From assembly GCA_965262115.1 (NCBI GenBank), contig OZ253496.1, positions 1,376,001 through 1,440,000 of the forward strand: a stretch of 64,000 nucleotides of DNA, read 5' to 3'. Both the position numbers and the translations under genes were made by a program. The notes beneath the pieces were generated by a model. It was not told the DNA's origin, ran no database searches, and saw only the letters and a program-made list of their open reading frames with translations. The stretch is from Nitrospinales bacterium (GTDB taxonomy: Bacteria > Nitrospinota > Nitrospinia > Nitrospinales > VA-1). How positions within the stretch are numbered: the stretch's first letter is position 1; every line of letters starts with the position of its first letter. This document shows positions 60,840 to 64,000 of the stretch, piece after piece.

Positions 60840-62137
60840 GGCTGGCTTTCTCCTTTCCCGTTTTCCAGAGATTTGTTTTTGGCAAATGGATCTACCCCAA
60901 TCAGGCGTTTCACATCGGCAACAGCATTGTGATACTCGGCCAGCGCATCAAGGTATTGGCTTTGAACCTGAAAAAATGTTTTCTGGCTATCCAGCACATC
61001 TAACAAACCGAATTTTCCGAAACGATAACCTTCGCTGATGGCATCGAATGCTTTTTTTGCTCCGGGCAAAACCTCGGCCTTGATTGAAGTTACTTTTGCG
61101 TGGGAAAAAGACACTTCGCTACGGGCCTTTAACAGAGCTTCCTGCATTCTCAATGCCTCTGCCTTTTTTTCTTCCTCGGCTTTATACAGCCTGTGACGGG
61201 CTTTGGCAATTCCGCCCTGATTACGGTTGAACCAGTTCAAAGGAACGGTTACACCAAAAACCAAAGCGTTATCATCCGTTTGCTCCAACCGACGGTAACC
61301 ACCGCTGAGTGTCAAATCAGGGATTGCTTTAGAATTCTCCACATCCAACTCTGCCTGCCGATGGGCCAGAGCCGTTGCCGATCTGGAAAGACGCGGATTG
61401 GCGGACAGTTCTGTTACTGACGGCTTGTCCGAAATTGTGAAAAAACCTCCCTGAGCCGAGTCGAACCGGGGTTCGGCGTTCCCCCACAGTACGGACAATT
61501 TCCTGTGGGCATTTTTCAGTTCCTGTTGGGCCCGTGCTTTTTCCATGCGCATATTGGCAAGGGCCACCTGCGCCTTGATTTTTTCTATCGCCGCGACCTT
61601 GCCCACTGTAACTCTCTCAGAAACCGCGTTTAAAAATTTCCTCGCCAGTTGCACCCCTTCGGCCGCTAAAGAAACTTTTTGCTGGGCTTTCAGCACATGA
61701 GTGAAAGCTTTCGAAACACTGGCCAATATTTCCAGACGCTGGACTTCATAATCCCACCCAGTAATTTCTTTCGATAAGTTGGCGGAACTTCTCCTAAGAT
61801 CGCGCTTGCTTCCCAGTTCCAGTCGCTGGCTCAATTGAACCGTGGTTTCAGATTGGTCGAAGCCATTGAAGTCTCCCGATCCGGCTGCGTTTTCCACCTG
61901 CACATGCAGTTGAGGATTAAAAGACAACCCGGCCTGCAAAGTCTCGGCCTCTCGGGCACGAACCTCATACGAAAAAGCCTTCAGGTCAGGGTTTTGCAAC
62001 AAGACCATCTGTAAGACCTGGGTCAGAGTAATGGTCCCGGTTAAGGCTTTCTGTTGTTCTCCTTCCGCCCAGGAGATGCCTGGTATAGAAAAGCTTAGAG
62101 CTAGACAAACCCCAAGGGTTTTTAACGCGCGTTTCAT
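60836..62137 (-). CDS. czcC: TolC-family outer membrane factor (CzcC-like)
   Basis: NPDL, PDLTL, FNRNQG.I and GYRFGKFGLLDVLD motifs. Confidence 0.88.
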   Translation of the reverse strand: MKRALKTLGVCLALSFSIPGISWAEGEQQKALTGTITLTQVLQMVLLQNPDLKAFSYEVRAREAETLQAGLSFNPQLHVQVENAAGSGDFNGFDQSETTVQLSQRLELGSKRDLRRSSANLSKEITGWDYEVQRLEILASVSKAFTHVLKAQQKVSLAAEGVQLARKFLNAVSERVTVGKVAAIEKIKAQVALANMRMEKARAQQELKNAHRKLSVLWGNAEPRFDSAQGGFFTISDKPSVTELSANPRLSRSATALAHRQAELDVENSKAIPDLTLSGGYRRLEQTDDNALVFGVTVPLNWFNRNQGGIAKARHRLYKAEEEKKAEALRMQEALLKARSEVSFSHAKVTSIKAEVLPGAKKAFDAISEGYRFGKFGLLDVLDSQKTFFQVQSQYLDALAEYHNAVADVKRLIGVDPFAKNKSLENGKGESQP

Positions 62138-62253
62138 CTGCTTTATCCTCGATGCTTTTCCGGCACATAAAAATCAAGCCCAGATGCAAACCATTACGCA
62201 ACAGGTTTCATGACGCCGGAAATTTAAAAGGAACTAAATTTGTGGTGATGGAT

Positions 62254-62730
62254 TTAAAGAAACAACGAAGGAGGGGCGCGTGAAGAATTTGGACTTCTTC
62301 TAAAACGTGATTGGAAAGAAACGGTTTCAGAGCCTATAGGAACAAAAACCAGAGGATTGAAAAATTCAAAGTGTTTTGAAGAATCCTGTTTAAAGACTAG
62401 TCCCTGCTTGAAGGACTTGGAGTTTTTAGCCAGGACAAAATAATCGGAATCGTTTTCACCCTCATCCTGGGAAGAATGCGAATGGTGAAAATGGTCGTCG
62501 AGTTCGGAATTGGAAAAATGCCCGTTTACAAGATGGGCATAAGCTTCCAAAGTCGCGGAATGATAGCGCCCCTGATGCTGGTGAGCGTCTATGTGTTCAT
62601 CATGGAGATGCTCGGTTTCAGGATGGTAATGAATGAACGGAAGCAAAGAGAGCGGAATAATGATCCCCAAAAAGATCAACTTCCACAAACCCGAATTTTT
62701 CCTGTTCATTCTAAAAGTCATCGAGCGCAC
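62254..62730 (-). CDS. His-rich exported protein upstream of czcC (CzcI-like)
   Basis: N-terminal TM segment, HLHDEHIDAHQH and DDHFHHSH tracts, C-terminal SRAPP motif. Confidence 0.65.
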   Translation of the reverse strand: MRSMTFRMNRKNSGLWKLIFLGIIIPLSLLPFIHYHPETEHLHDEHIDAHQHQGRYHSATLEAYAHLVNGHFSNSELDDHFHHSHSSQDEGENDSDYFVLAKNSKSFKQGLVFKQDSSKHFEFFNPLVFVPIGSETVSFQSRFRRSPNSSRAPPSLFL

Positions 62731-63000
62731 ACAGTTTTGTATTACTTGTATATCGGAAAGTATACTTATTACTTTAAACGAAACCGGTTAGCGGATTCAA
62801 GCGTATTTTCCCGGTTTTTTAAAACATCGATGCGCCTGGGGGAGGAACAGGAGGGGCTTTCTTGCCGCAACCGACCGTACCGCCAAGAAAAGCCAGGATC
62901 ACTAACAAGAGCACAATTGTTCTTAGTTTCATACTCATATCCTATGAGGGCCTTTATTTAGTTGATAATTTTCTCTACGGCAACCACTAAGCACATGACG

Positions 63001-63265
63001 GTGATATTCTTCCCCGGCTGTGATGTCCTCTTCCCTAAACTTTATGCCCGGTACGGGTATGTGATATTTCACCTTTGCCTTCATGCCCGGTACGGGTACT
63101 TTAAGAAAGGCGGAAGCAGAAATTCCCCCTCCCTTTATAGGGAGGGGCCAGGGGAGGGTTGGATTATGAATTCCGTAAAAATAATACACCCCTCCGCGGC
63201 TACGCCTTGCCTCCCCTCATGAGAGGGGAGGATCAATGAGAATCTCAGGTTATGCAAAGCTCTCC
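63001..63265. repeat. Composite repeat island
   Basis: Tandem mini-elements 63019-63099 plus a hairpin repeat and MITE TIR; nearly the same as 58698-58942. Confidence 0.85.
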
Positions 63266-63306
63266 TTATCAGGGGGAAGTTTTTTGCCCCCGGCGGCTCG
63301 CCGGCC

Positions 63307-64000
63307 TTATTTCAGTTTTTTCGTCAATCGGGAAATCTGCGCCTTCACCTGTTTTTTTGCCGTCCCCCCGTGAACATTTTTCCGGTCCACTGAGTTCTTA
63401 AGAGCAATGTGCTCAATGACATCCTTTTCAAACCGTTTGGAAATTTTGCGAAGTTCGCCCAACGAAAGGTTGCCCAGGGTTTTTTTCTTATCCAGACAGC
63501 AGGCGACGGTTTTTCCGGTAATCTCGTGGGCCTCACGAAAGGGAACCCCTTTCAGGACCAGGTAGTCCGCCATGTCGGTGGCAGTTAAAAACCCACTGGC
63601 CTCCAGTTCTTCGTCTGAAAGCGAAGTGAACTTTGCCGACTTCATCATATCGTTGAAAATCTTCAGGCAGACTTTGATCGTATCCGCCGAATCGAACAGG
63701 GGTTCCTTGTCCTCCTGCAAATCTTTATTGTAAGCCAGCGGCAATCCTTTCATTAATGTGAGGAGGGAAACCAGATTGCCAAACACACGACCGGATTTTC
63801 CCCGAATCAGTTCTGCTGCGTCGGGATTCTTTTTTTGCGGCATGATACTGCTGCCGGTGGTGAAAGCGTCGGACAACTCTACAAACCCGAACTCACTGGA
63901 ATTCCAAATGACCAGTTCTTCACAGAACCGGCTGAGATGCATCATCAGCAAAGCCGAAGCGCTGCAAAATTCTGCGGCGAAATCCCGATCCGCCACCGCA
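63307..64000 (-). CDS. argH: Argininosuccinate lyase (3' part; start outside the window)
   Basis: TGSSIMPQKKNPD, LPLAYNKDLQEDKE and GVPFREAH motifs. Confidence 0.97.
   Translation of the reverse strand, partial: AVADRDFAAEFCSASALLMMHLSRFCEELVIWNSSEFGFVELSDAFTTGSSIMPQKKNPDAAELIRGKSGRVFGNLVSLLTLMKGLPLAYNKDLQEDKEPLFDSADTIKVCLKIFNDMMKSAKFTSLSDEELEASGFLTATDMADYLVLKGVPFREAHEITGKTVACCLDKKKTLGNLSLGELRKISKRFEKDVIEHIALKNSVDRKNVHGGTAKKQVKAQISRLTKKLK

Overview
Chromosomal segment of a nitrite-oxidising bacterium, most likely Nitrospinota (Nitrospina-like), judged from a complete periplasmic-type nxrA-nxrB-nxrC operon (28512-34462). The backbone is housekeeping: rplK-nusG-secE-rpmG with a tRNA cluster lacking the usual tuf, lpxK, two waaA paralogues, putP, leuS-lptE-holA, rpsT, purD, an ABC transporter, tmRNA, coaD, an aminotransferase, lnt, czcCBA and argH. 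It also carries three AT-rich islets (an ATPase and two toxin-antitoxin pairs) and a dense, nested mobilome. The mobilome comprises: a MITE with 9-bp target duplications; a ~63-bp interspersed repeat; a 39-41 nt mini-element ending in a covarying GNA-triloop hairpin that inserts without target duplication, including into itself; decayed IS3 copies; and an IS110 element. The IS110 5' non-coding region reads directly as a bridge RNA: its target guides spell the mini-element hairpin it sits in, its donor guides spell its own ends, and a -35/-10 promoter forms on circularisation. The nxrA promoter lies between perfect 18-bp inverted repeats (candidate invertible promoter or paired operator). All calls were made by eye; no database search was run.
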